Assembly (NCBI GenBank): GCA_028826165.1
Contig: JAPDFW010000058.1
Coordinates: 1-64,000, forward strand
DNA length: 64,000 nucleotides
Direction: 5' to 3'
Source of the DNA: Anaeramoeba ignava BMAN
Lineage: Eukaryota > Protista > Anaeramoebae
The notes under the pieces are model-generated. The model ran no database searches, was not told the DNA's origin, and saw nothing but the letters and a program-made list of their open reading frames with translations. Every line of letters starts with the position of its first letter. Positions within the stretch are counted from its first letter, which is position 1. The position numbers and the translations under genes are program-made. Below are positions 49,003-60,700 of this stretch, piece by piece.

Positions 49003-51012
49003 CTAAATTAAAGGAAAGAAAAAAGCAGCAAAAAGTCCACCAGCAAACATTCCACCAATAGCAATCATTGAACGGATTGATAAAGAAGTTATTCCACTAA
49101 GTCCATTTCCTGAAGCACAACCTCCACACATTTTAGCTCCAAAAAGAGAAATAAAACCGCCAATGAAAACAATCAAAGGATGAAGACCTTGAACAGGGAA
49201 AAAAGAATCACTTGTTACTCTTGATAGAAATGCTCCAACTGCAACAGCAAAAAGATAAGGAACTTGCCAATATTTTTCAAATCCTCCAAATGCTCCTGAA
49301 AAATATGGATGTTTTTTGAAATATTCGGGCCAAATTTTATCAAGAATTCTTACAACAAAAACATTGAGTCCAGTTGCTGATCCCATTTCATCAAGCTTTG
49401 AAACAAGATCGAAATAAATTAAAATTCAAAATGAAATCAAATCAAAAATGAAATTAAAATCAAATTTAAATTAAAATCAAATCAAAATTCAAATTCAAAA
49501 TTAAAATCAAATTCAAAATGAAATCAAATTCAAAATGAAATCAAAATTAAATTAAAATCAAATCCAAAATCAAATTCAAAATCAAAATTAAAATCAAAAT
49601 TAAATTCAAAATCAAATCCAAAATTAAATTAAAATCAAAATCAAAATCAAATTCAAATTAAAATTCAAAATCAAATTCAAAATCAAATTTAAAATCAAAA
49701 CCAAAATCAAAATTAAATTAAAATCAAAATCAAATCAAATCAAATCAAATCAAATTCAAAATCAAAATTCAAAATCAAAAATAACTTACAGCAATCAAAA
49801 TAACTGGAATTTCAGCTGTTCCAATTAATATTCCAGCAATCCAAGGAGGCCAAACTTCATTTTTTAACATTCCCCAAATACCATGATAATCCATACTAAT
49901 TGTTGCATCAAATTGATGAAGATCTTTAATTGTTGGAAAGAAAAACTCAAATAAAAATACCATAAAGAACATTAATGTACTCATTGCAAAAGCAAAATAA
50001 TGGAATGGAATATGGAATTTCACATCTAACGTATTTGTTTTCATATCAAATACTTGTTTGGGTTTATAATTGTTAAAACTAGGTTTGAATAATCCAACAA
50101 CAAATGATCCTGCTAATGATCCTAATATTGCAGGAATTGCACCTGAAACTCTTGATCCTAAAAGATTATTTAATTTAATTTAATTTAATTTAATTTAATT
50201 TGATTTAATTTGATTTAGTTTGATTTGATTTAATTTGATTTAATTTAATTTAATTTGATTTAATTTGATTTAATTTGATTTAATTTGATTTAAATTTAAT
50301 TTAATTTGATTTAATTTGATTTAAATTTAATTTGATTTGATTTAATTTAATTTGATTTGATTTGATTTGATTTGATTTAATTTGATTTAAAATTAGGGAA
50401 AATGTTTTTTTGTTCCACTTTTTTTGTTTTTTGATTTTTATTTACCAAGTTGAGATACAGTAGCTCCTGGACAAGAACCAGCAAGATAAACTCCTAAGAA
50501 TATCAAATCAAAATCAAAATCAAAATTAAAATTAAAATTAAAATTAAAATTAGAATTAAAATCAAAATCAAAAATTCAATTCAAAATCAAACCAATTCCA
50601 AATATAAAACTTCCAACATAAACAAGTGGTTTTTGATTGGGAAGATCAAAACAATATCCTCTAGCATATCTAAATCTTTCACGAGCACCTGGAATCAAAG
50701 AAATAACACCTTTTACAAAAGCAGCAGTTCCCATTGCTGAAAGAAATACTTTCATAAATAAAAATGATTTGAAATGAAATTGAGCAATAAAAGTGTGCGG
50801 ATTAAACAAATATCCCTTTTATTTTTATATTTAAAATTAAATTTATAAATAAAATTATTTTTATTCATTTGATTTATTTAATTTACTTTTGATAAACCAA
50901 TTCCAAAAGCAAATCCTGCATAAATAACTGCAGCTAATTTAGCTGTTAATGAATATTGTTTTAGTTTTTTTGCAAGATTTGGTGTTGGTGGAGGTAATAT
51001 TAGTTGTTGCAT
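49003..51012 (-). CDS. YeeE/YedE family protein, paralog 3, 5 exons
   Basis: MQQLILPPPTPNL..GFAFGIGLSK|GYLFNPHTFIAQF, VYLAGSCPGA, GAKMCGGCASGNGLSG. Confidence 0.88.
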
Positions 51013-51279
51013 TATAATTTATTATTTAATGGAAAGAGAAAAATGATTTTTTCTACGTGTAAATCTTTTTTTTTTTTAGGGGTTTGTTTTTTTCCATTTA
51101 TTATTATTTTTTTTCTTTGGAAAATTTAATCCTCAAAGAAAAATAAAGTGATTCTTTTTCATTTCTTTCTTTTTTTAATCCAAAAATTAAATTCCATTTT
51201 ATTTGTTTAGATAAATTTTTAACAAAACAAAAAAAAATTTTTTTCTTTTTTTCAATCCAAATTCTTTGATCAAAAATCT

Positions 51280-52860
51280 TTATTTAATTTATTTTATTTA
51301 ATTCAATTCAAAATATTTATTTAATTTTATTCAATTCAATCCAAAATATTTATTTTATTCAATTCAAAATAATTAATTTACTTTTATTCAAAATATTTAT
51401 TTTAATTTTATTCAATTCAATCCAAAATATTTATTTTATTTAATTCAATTCAAAATATTTAATTTAATTTAATTTAATTCAATTCAAAATATTTATTTAA
51501 TTTTATTCAATTCAACTCAAAATATTTATTTAATTCAATTCAACTCAAAATATTTAATTTATTTAATTTATTTAATTCAATCCAAAATATTTAATTTATT
51601 TAATTTTATTTAATTCAATTCAAAATATTTAATTTTATTTAATTCAAAATATTTATTTAATTTATTTAATTCAATTCAATCCAAAATATTTTATTTAATT
51701 TAATTCAACTCAATTCAAAATATTTATTTTATTCAATCCAAAATATTTATTTAATTTAATTCAATTCAATTCAAAATATTTATTTATTTAATTCAATTCA
51801 ACTCAAAATATTTATTTAATTTATTCAATTCAATCCAAAATATTTAATTTTATTTAATTCAATTCAAAATATTTTATTTAATTTTATTTAATTCAATTCA
51901 AAATATTTAATTTTATTTAATTCAATTCAATCCAAAATATTTAATTTTATTTAATTCAATTCAATCCAAAATATTTAATTTTATTTAATTCAATTCAAAA
52001 TATTTAATTTTATTTAATTCAATTCAATCCAAAATATTTAATTTTATTCAATTCAATCCAAAATATTTATTTAATTTTATTTAATTCAATCCAAAATATT
52101 TATTTAATTTTATTCAATTCAAAATATTTATTTAATTTTATTCAAAATATTTATTTTATTTAATTTTATTTAATTTTATTTAATTCAATCCAAAATATTT
52201 AATTTAATTTATTTAATCCAAAATATTTATTTAATTTTATTTAATTCAATTCAATTCAACTCAAAATATTTAATTTTATTCAATTCAATCCAAAATATTT
52301 ATTTAATTCAATTCAATTCAATTCAACTCAAAATATTTAATTTATTTTTAATTTTATTCAATTCAATCCAAAATATTTATTTAATTTTATTTAATTCAAT
52401 TCAAAATATTTTATTTAATTTTATTTAATTCAATTCAAAATATTTTATTTTATTTTATTTAATTCAATTCAAAATATTTAATTTATTTAATTCAATCCAA
52501 AATATTTATTTTAATTTTTTTAATCCAAAATATTTAATTTTATTCAATTCAATCCAATTCAAAATATTTAATTTAATTCAATTCAATTCAAAATATTTAT
52601 TTAATTCAATTCAACTCAAAATATTTATTTAATTTTATTCAATTCAATTCAAAATATTTATTTAATTTTATTTAATTCAATTCAAAATATTTAATTCAAT
52701 TCAACTCAAAATATTTATTTAATTTTATTCAATTTAATCCAAAATATTTATTTAATTTTATTTAATTCAATTCAAAATATTTTATTTATTTAATTCAATT
52801 CAAAATATTTAATTTTATTTTTAATTTTATTTAATTCAATCCAAAATATTTAATTGATTT
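51280..52860. repeat. Degenerate intergenic repeat built on ATTCAATTCAAAATATTTAATTTT
   Basis: Directly visible variable-length units anchored on CAAAATATTT. Confidence 0.9.
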
Positions 52861-52864
52861 AATT

Positions 52865-53623
52865 TTAATTTTGATTTTGATTTTCATTCGAATTTTGATT
52901 ATCAAGATCATTAATAGCTTCATCTGCATCATAATAACCAAAAATATTTGGAAGTGGTTTCATACCTAAGAAATCCTTCAAATCATCAGGAAGAGGATAA
53001 TCTTGATGAATAGGGAATTCGAGGATTTTATTTTTTTTCTTCTTGCGAAAATTAACATAAGTTAATTGAGAAAATAAAGTTATATCTTCAAAATCTTTAA
53101 CATAACGATCTATAAATTTTCTCAAAATTTTTCCTTTTAACCCAAAATATAATGCTTTTCTTTTGCGACTGCCATTTCCGTTGCAGTCTTTCGAAGGAAC
53201 AAATTGAAAGCAAACAAAACTCTTATTTTTTTTTGCCTTTTCTAGTTCTTGTTTCCATTCTTTTTTTTCAGAATAAAGTTTTTCAGTTTTTTTAAAGTGA
53301 GTTGGCATTCCCCATTTCAGAATCTTTTCAAACCCCTTTCTTGTCATCCGGATTGCAAGAATTTTTTCTTTTTTCTTATTGCGACCCCAATTTGTTTGCT
53401 GCATTACCCCAAGAAACTCTGTTTGAAGCCAAATCATTTTGGAAAAAGTGTCATCTTTCAAATGAAGTGTATTTTGTTTGCTTAAAATTTTCCCAACTTC
53501 TTCACTTACAATCTGATAAACAATTATTGTTTCTTTGTCGTATGTTGCTAGTATTTTGCATCCTCTGATTGGCCATGTTTTTTTCTGTTCTTCATATTGT
53601 TCTAAATGTAATGATTTCCACAT
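52865..53623 (-). CDS. Divergent DUF4291 family protein
   Basis: YEEQKKTWP..GCKILATYDKETIIVYQ, FSKMIWLQTEFL, NWG..KEKILAIRMTRKGFEKIL, RKALYFGLKG resemble the DUF4291 consensus; intronless. Confidence 0.72.
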   Translation of the reverse strand: MWKSLHLEQYEEQKKTWPIRGCKILATYDKETIIVYQIVSEEVGKILSKQNTLHLKDDTFSKMIWLQTEFLGVMQQTNWGRNKKKEKILAIRMTRKGFEKILKWGMPTHFKKTEKLYSEKKEWKQELEKAKKNKSFVCFQFVPSKDCNGNGSRKRKALYFGLKGKILRKFIDRYVKDFEDITLFSQLTYVNFRKKKKNKILEFPIHQDYPLPDDLKDFLGMKPLPNIFGYYDADEAINDLDNQNSNENQNQN

Positions 53624-53660
53624 TCAAATAAAAAAATGAATTTTTTTGTTTTTTAATTTT

Positions 53661-56102
53661 TTATTTGAATGAATGTGAAAATTTTTTGTTTTTGATTCTA
53701 AATAAAAGTGATGCTATGATTAAACAATTTCCAATTATTGAAAAGATATCTATTTAAATTAAAGAGAAAAGAGAATTTAATTTTTATTATTAATATTAAA
53801 TTAATTTTAATTTCAATTTTATATTTAATTAAATAAATTTATTCAAAATAAAATATTAATTTGATTTTTATTATTAATATTTAATCAATTTTAATTTCAA
53901 TTTTTATATTTAATTAAATAAATTTATTCAAAATAAAATATTGATTTGATTTTTATTATTAATATTTAATTAATTTTAATTTCAATTTTTATATTTAATT
54001 AAATAAATTTATTTAAAATAAAATATTAATTTGATTTTTATTATTAATATTAAATTAATTTTTAATTTATTTTTATTAATTAAATAAATTTATTCAAAAA
54101 TAAAATATTAATTTGATTTTTATTATTAATGTTTATTTAATTTTAATTTCAATTTTTATATTTAATTAAATAAATTTATTCAAAATAATATATTAATTTG
54201 ATTTTTATTATTAATATTTAATAAATTTTAATTTCAATTTTAATATTTAATTAAATAAATTTATTTGAAATAAAATATTAATTTAATTTTTATTATTAAT
54301 ATTAAATAAATTTTAATTTCAATTTTTATATTTAATTAAATAAATTTATTCAAAATAAAATATTAATTTAATTTTTATTATTAATATTTAATCAATTTTA
54401 ATTTCAATTTTTATATTTAATTAAATAAATTTATTCAAAATAATATATTAATTTAATATTTATTATTAATATTAAATAAATTTTAATTTCAATTTTTATT
54501 TTTAATTAAATAAATTTATTCAAAATAAAATATTGATTTGATTTTTATTATTAATATTTAATTAAATTTTCAATTTTATATTTAATTAAATAAATTTATT
54601 CAAAATAAAATATTGATTTAAATTTTTATTAATATTTATTAATTTTAATTTCAATTTTTATATTTAATTAAATAAATTTATCCAAAATAATATATTGATT
54701 TAATTTTTATTGATATTTAATAAATTTTAATTTCAATTTTTATATTTAATTAAATAAATTTATTCAAAATAATATATTAATTTGATTTTCATTATTAATA
54801 TTTAATTAATTTTAATTTTAATTTTTATATTTAATTAAATAAATTTATTCAAAATAAAATATTAATTTGATTTTTATTATTAATATTAATTTAATTTTAA
54901 TTTCAATTTTTATATTTAATTAAATAAATTTATTCAAAATAATATATTAATTTAATATTTATTATTAATATTTAATTAATTTTAATTTCAATTTCTATAT
55001 TTAATTAAATAAATTTATCCAAAATAATATATTAATTTAATTTTTATTATTAATATTTATTTAATTTTAATTTCAATTTTTATATTTAATTAAATAAATT
55101 TATTCAAAATAATATATTAATTTAATATTTATTCAATTTTAATTTTAATTTTGTTTTGATTACTTGGAATCAAATAATACACAGTTCTACTCATAATTTC
55201 ATCTGATAAAAGTAAAGAAATCATATTATTCACAGAATGCAAAATAATAGACAAATATATATTTCCAGTTAAAACAGTTACTAAACTAAATATCAATCCA
55301 ACAAGAAAAGAATTCAAAACAAAAAAAATCAAAGTAATAATCGCTTCTTTTCTTAAAGATACAACAAAAAGCATCTGCCAATGACTTATACTAAAGCAAA
55401 TACTTGTCCAAATAGATGCTTCAAAATATATTCTTTTTGTTTTTGTAACACTTCTTGAAAAAATATCCATCAAATATCGTGAGAATGTTATATTACGAAA
55501 AAAAATCTCTTCTGCAATTGGACTTAAAATTAAACCTTCAATCACTCTATGAACTTCTTTCAATTTTGCGAAGACAATAAATGCTTTATTCCAATAAACA
55601 CTCCATCCAAACAGAAAAAATAAATTGATTAAATGCAACCCAATTATTTCTATTACTGGATACATAAATAACTTTAATATCCCATTCAATTTTGATTTAT
55701 TTTGAATTGTATCCTTTTGATATTTTCTTTTTCTTTTTCTTTTTCTTTTTCTTTTTCTTTTTCTTTTGAAAATGGATTTGAAATCTTGAATAAATTTTGT
55801 AATTTATATCGATTTTTAAATAAAAACACCATAATTAAAAATTTAAAAAATAAATAAAAAATCATAAAAATCATCTTTCTTGATTTTTCTTGTCTAAAAT
55901 CTCTGTCTTCATTTTCATTTTCATCTTCATTTTGATATTCATTTTGATATTCATTTTCCTGCAAATCATCAAATCCAAAAAAAATTCTCAAAAATTCTTT
56001 TAAAATATCAAGTAAAAAATTTTTTAATAAATATAAGCTTAAATAAGAAATTAAATTAAATTCAATTGATTTTCGAAAGCAATGTAACAAATTCTTAAAC
56101 AT
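53661..56102 (-). CDS. CPBP (Abi/Rce1-like) intramembrane glutamic/metalloprotease, 2 exons with one apparent homopolymer frameshift near 55700
   Basis: SPIAEEIFFR, FSISH, SIILHSVNN motifs. GT-AG intron 55163-53750 adds a final TM exon (IFSIIGNCLIIASLLFR..stop 53661). Confidence 0.82.
53780..55130. repeat. ~85-bp AT-rich minisatellite, ~16 copies, inside the CPBP intron
   Basis: AAATAAATTTATT anchor at 53831, 53916, 54001 and onward. Confidence 0.92.
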
Positions 56103-56215
56103 TTTTCAACTATATTTTTTTTTAAAAATGAAAAAATGAAAAAATGAAAAAATTTATGAAAAATTTATTTGGAAAATACAAAATCATTTTTTTAAAAGAA
56201 AAAGAAGTTATTAAA

Positions 56216-57610
56216 CTATTTCTTAATTTGCAAACTTTTTCGATACAAAAAAATCTCACAACATTTAAAATATTCATTTCCTTTTTCATCAATAAGCATT
56301 AAATTCAAATCATATCGAACACTACATTTATTTTCAATATTTGGATAAGTTGGTTTTAATCTTATACTTTGCAAGAATATTCGGATTGGGATGCAATCAC
56401 CTTTATTCGGTGAACCATCCATAATTTCAAATTTTGCCAATACTTCAGCATTCCGAATAACTTCATCTGTTGCTATTATTGTTTCTTGTCTTATAAATGA
56501 TATTTCCATTGATCTTAATTTAACTCTTGAAAATATGAAGAAAACTTTTCCAATTAAAACATCTTGAAGATCATAACTTTTTTTTTAAATAATAATAATA
56601 TTAAAATTATTTTAAAATAACAAAAATTCCTTTTTTTTTTTTGCTTTTTTCTGCTCCAATTTACTTTAATTTAAGATATTCTATTTGTATATGCAAACAA
56701 TTAGGAACTCCAACTTCTATTTGAATTGGATTTCCTTTATCTTCTATTTCTTGTTTTTTTAAGATCCAAATATCGAATTCCTGATTTAAATTTTTTGAGA
56801 AAGATCTTTTGATTGAAACTTGGATAAAATAACTAAATCAAATTAATTAAAATCAAAATTAAAATTCAATTTTAAATTAAAATTTAAATTCAAATTAAAA
56901 TTAAAATTAAAATTCAAATTAAAATCAAAATTAAAATTCAAATTAAAATCAAAATTAAAATTCAAATTAAAATTAAAATTAAAATTCAAATTAAAATTAA
57001 AATTAAAATCAAAATTAAAATTAAAATTAAAATTTAAATTAAAATTCAAATTAAAATTAAAATTAAAATTAAAATCAAAATTCAAATTAAAATTCAATTT
57101 TGAAATTCAAATCAAAATTCAAAAAAAATGTCTTTTTGGTTTGATTAATTTATATACCGAACACAAATTAATTTACCAACAAATGATTCATATAATTTCT
57201 CTACATTTTCAAATTCAAATTCCCATTCTTTTTTCCCTTTTATTATTGTCTTTGAGGAAATTTGTTTTGTTATTGATAGAAACTTATAAGGTTTTTCACC
57301 TTTAATTTCTTTTATTTTTTTTTTGATTTTTTTTATTTCCATTTTTTAAAAATTAATTCTTAATTTTTTTTCATGATTAAAAAATGAAATTACCAAGTTG
57401 GCCAATAAATTCGATTAGTATTTCATTAAATTTAAAATATTTCCCATTTTTTATTTGTAATAATATTGTTCCTGAAATATTTTCTTCTGAACCAAAAAGT
57501 GGAATTCTTTTATAAGCATTTCCAAATTTTTTCGAAATTTCGTCTCTCTTTTTAATATCTTTAATTTTTAATAAAAATTGAGAAATGCTTTCGGGTAAAT
57601 TTGATGCCAT
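56216..57610 (-). CDS. VPS26: Divergent vacuolar protein sorting 26 (retromer, arrestin fold), 4 exons
   Basis: PLFGSEENISG..IEFIGQL, FEFENVEKLYESFVG..VRYFI, IEVGVPNCLHIQIEY, YDLQDVLIGKVFF, KFEIMDGSPNKGDCIPIRIFL, SVRYDLNLMLIDE..YFKCCEIFLYRK. Confidence 0.9.
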
Positions 57611-57716
57611 TTTTATTGGCAAAAAGAAAGAGAAACAAAAGAAAAAAAATGATTTGAAAATTTAAAAAAAAAACAAATTTTTTTTTTCATTTTTTTATTT
57701 TTTATAATTTTTTTTT

Positions 57717-60700
57717 ATGCAAAATAATTTACAAAAAGAAAAACAAATTCAAGAGCAAAAAGATTTAATCGAAAAAGAAACAAAACTTGAAGAAATTGAT
57801 AATAAAATGCAAAGCAAGTTTCAACCAGAGCATTTTATTTCATCAAATCAAAAAGTAGACAATTCTATAATTCAAAAAGAGGAAAAAACAAATGAAACTT
57901 CAAATATTTCTTTTACCTCTCCAACAATTAATGAAGAAAATCAAAATGAAAATCAAATTGAAAATCAAATTGAAAATCAAAATCAAAATCAAAATGAAAA
58001 TCAAAATCAAACTGAAAATGAAAATCAAATTGAAAATGAAAATCAAAATCAAAATCAAAATCAAATTGAAAATGAAAATCAAAATCAAAATGAAAATGAA
58101 AATGAAAATCAAAATGAAAATGAAAATCAAAATCAAAATCAAAATCAAAATCAAAATCAAAATCAAAATCAAAATCAAAATCAAAATCAAAATCAAAATC
58201 AAAATCAAAATGAAATTCAAACTGAAAATCAAAATCAAAATCAAAATCAAAATGAAAATCAAAATGAAAATCAAAATCAAAATCAAAATGAAAATCAAAA
58301 TCAAAATGAAAATGAAAATGAAAATGAAAATGAAAATGAAAATGAAAATCAAATTGAAAATGAAAATCAAAATGAAAATCAAAATGAAATTCAAAATCAA
58401 AATGAAAATCAAAATGAAAATCAAAATGAAAATGAAAATCAAAATCAAAATCAAAATCAAAATGAAAATCAAAATGAAAATCAAAATGAAAATCAAAATG
58501 AAAATCAAAATGAAAATCAAAATGAAAATCAAAATGAAAATCAAAATCAAATTGAAAATCAAATTGAAAATGAAAATCAAAATGAAAATCAAAATCAAAA
58601 TCAAAATGAAAATGAAAATGAAAATGAAAATCAAAATCAAAATCAAAATGAAAATCAAAATCAAAATGAAAATCAAAATGAAAATGAAAATCAAATTCAA
58701 AATCAAAATCAAAATCAAATTGAAAATCAAAATGAAAATGAAAATGAAAATGAAAATGAAAATGAAAATCAAAATGAAAATCAAAATGAAAATCAAAATG
58801 AAAATCAAAATCAAAATCAAAATCAAAATCAAAATCAAAATCAAAATCAAAATCAAAATCAAAATCAAAATCAAAATCAAAATCAAAATCAAAATCAAAA
58901 TCAAAATCAAAATCAAAATCAAAATCAAAATCAAAATCAAAATCAAAATCAAAATCAAACTGAAAATGAAAATGAAAATGAAAATGAAAATGAAAATCAA
59001 AATGAAAATGAAAATGAAAATGAAAATCAAAATGAAATTGAAAATGAAAATGAAAATGAAAATCAAAATCAAAATGAAAATGAAAATGAAATTGAAAATG
59101 AAAATCAAAATGAAAATGAAAATCAAAATGAAAATCAAAATGAAAATCAAAATGAAAATCAAAATCAAAATGAAAATGAAAATGAAAATCAAAATCAAAA
59201 TCAAAATGAAAATGAAAATCAAAATGAAAATCAAATTGAAAATGAAAATGAAATTGAAAATGAAAATCAAAATCAAAATGAAATTGAAAATCAAAATGAA
59301 ATTGAAAATCAAAATGAAAATGAAATTGAAAATGAAAATCAAAATGAAAATCAAAATGAAAATGAAAATGAAAATGAAAATCAAAATCAAAATCAAAATC
59401 AAAATGAAAATGAAAATGAAAATGAAAATGAAAATGAAAATCAAAATCAAAATGAAAATGAAAATGAAACTAAAGTAAAAACTAGACACATTTGGAAAAT
59501 ACCTTCCGAATCAAAAAAAAGAAATACAAATGAAAAATTCAAAACACAAAAAAAGAGGTTTCAATACAGATTAAAAAATTCACAAAAAAATAATGAGAAA
59601 AAAACAGATAATACATCTAAATGGAAAAGAAAAAATCAAGAGAATTCTTTCGATTTAAATAAAGATATATCAAATCAAGATCAAAGTTTTAATGAAAAAG
59701 ATCAAGAAAAAACTGAAAACAAATCAAATAGACAAATATTCTCAAGGAAAAAAAGGAATAACAAAAGAAGATTTCAAAGAAAATCAAGAAATGATAATGA
59801 TAAAAGATCATTTTCAAATGAAAGAAGATTCCAAAGAAAACCAAGAAATGATAATGAAGATAATAATAATAATAACAAAGATGATATTAATCAAAGATCA
59901 TTTTCAAATGAAAGAAGATTTCAAAGAAATCGAAGAGATAATAATAATAATAATAAGCAAAGAAGATTCCAAAGAAAATCAAGAAATGATAATGAAGATA
60001 ATATTAATCAAAGATCATTTTCAAATGAAAGGAAATTCCAAAGAAAATCAAGAGATGATAATGATAAAAGATCATTTGTAAATGAAAGAAGATTTCAAAG
60101 AAAACCAAGAAACGATGATAATAATAGTGAAGATAATAATAATATTAATCAAAGATCATTTTCAAATCAAAGAAGATTCCAAAGAAGGCCAAAAGATGAC
60201 AACTATGATAACAATAAAAATAAAAGAGTATTTCAGAGAAAAGAAAATAAAGAAGAAGAAAAGGATAACAACAACAACAACAATAATAATAATAATCAAA
60301 GAAGATTCCAAAGAAAGGAAAGTAGAGATAATAACAAATCAAGATTTCGAAGAAAAACAAGAAATGAAAATAATGAATCAAAATTTCAAAGAAATGATAA
60401 TATAAGAAATGATAATTGGAATAATAACCAAAACTCACTTGAAAATGAATCAAAATTTCAAAGAAAAGATAATATAAGAAATGATAATTGGAATAATAAC
60501 CAAAATCAACTTGAAAATGAATCAAAATTTAAAAGAAATGATAATAGAAAAAATGATAATTGGAATAACAATCAAAACCCACTTGAAAATGAATCAAAAT
60601 TTCAAAGAAATGATAACAGAAGAAATGATAATTGGAATAATAATCAAAACCCACTTGAAAATGAATCAAAATTTCAAAGAAATGATAATAGAAGAAATGA

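Noticed and set aside
55686-55720. Programmed frameshift or two separate overlapping genes at the CPBP ORF junction
   Set aside because: A single missing A in a homopolymer explains it, and the same error type occurs at ~20500 and ~28831.
57892-59489. Alternative-frame and antisense ORFs (MKIK.., FILI..) over the NQ repeat, and MIIG ORFs over the 72-bp repeat
   Set aside because: By-products of the coding repeat; the NQ frame has a proper start and continues into unique sequence.
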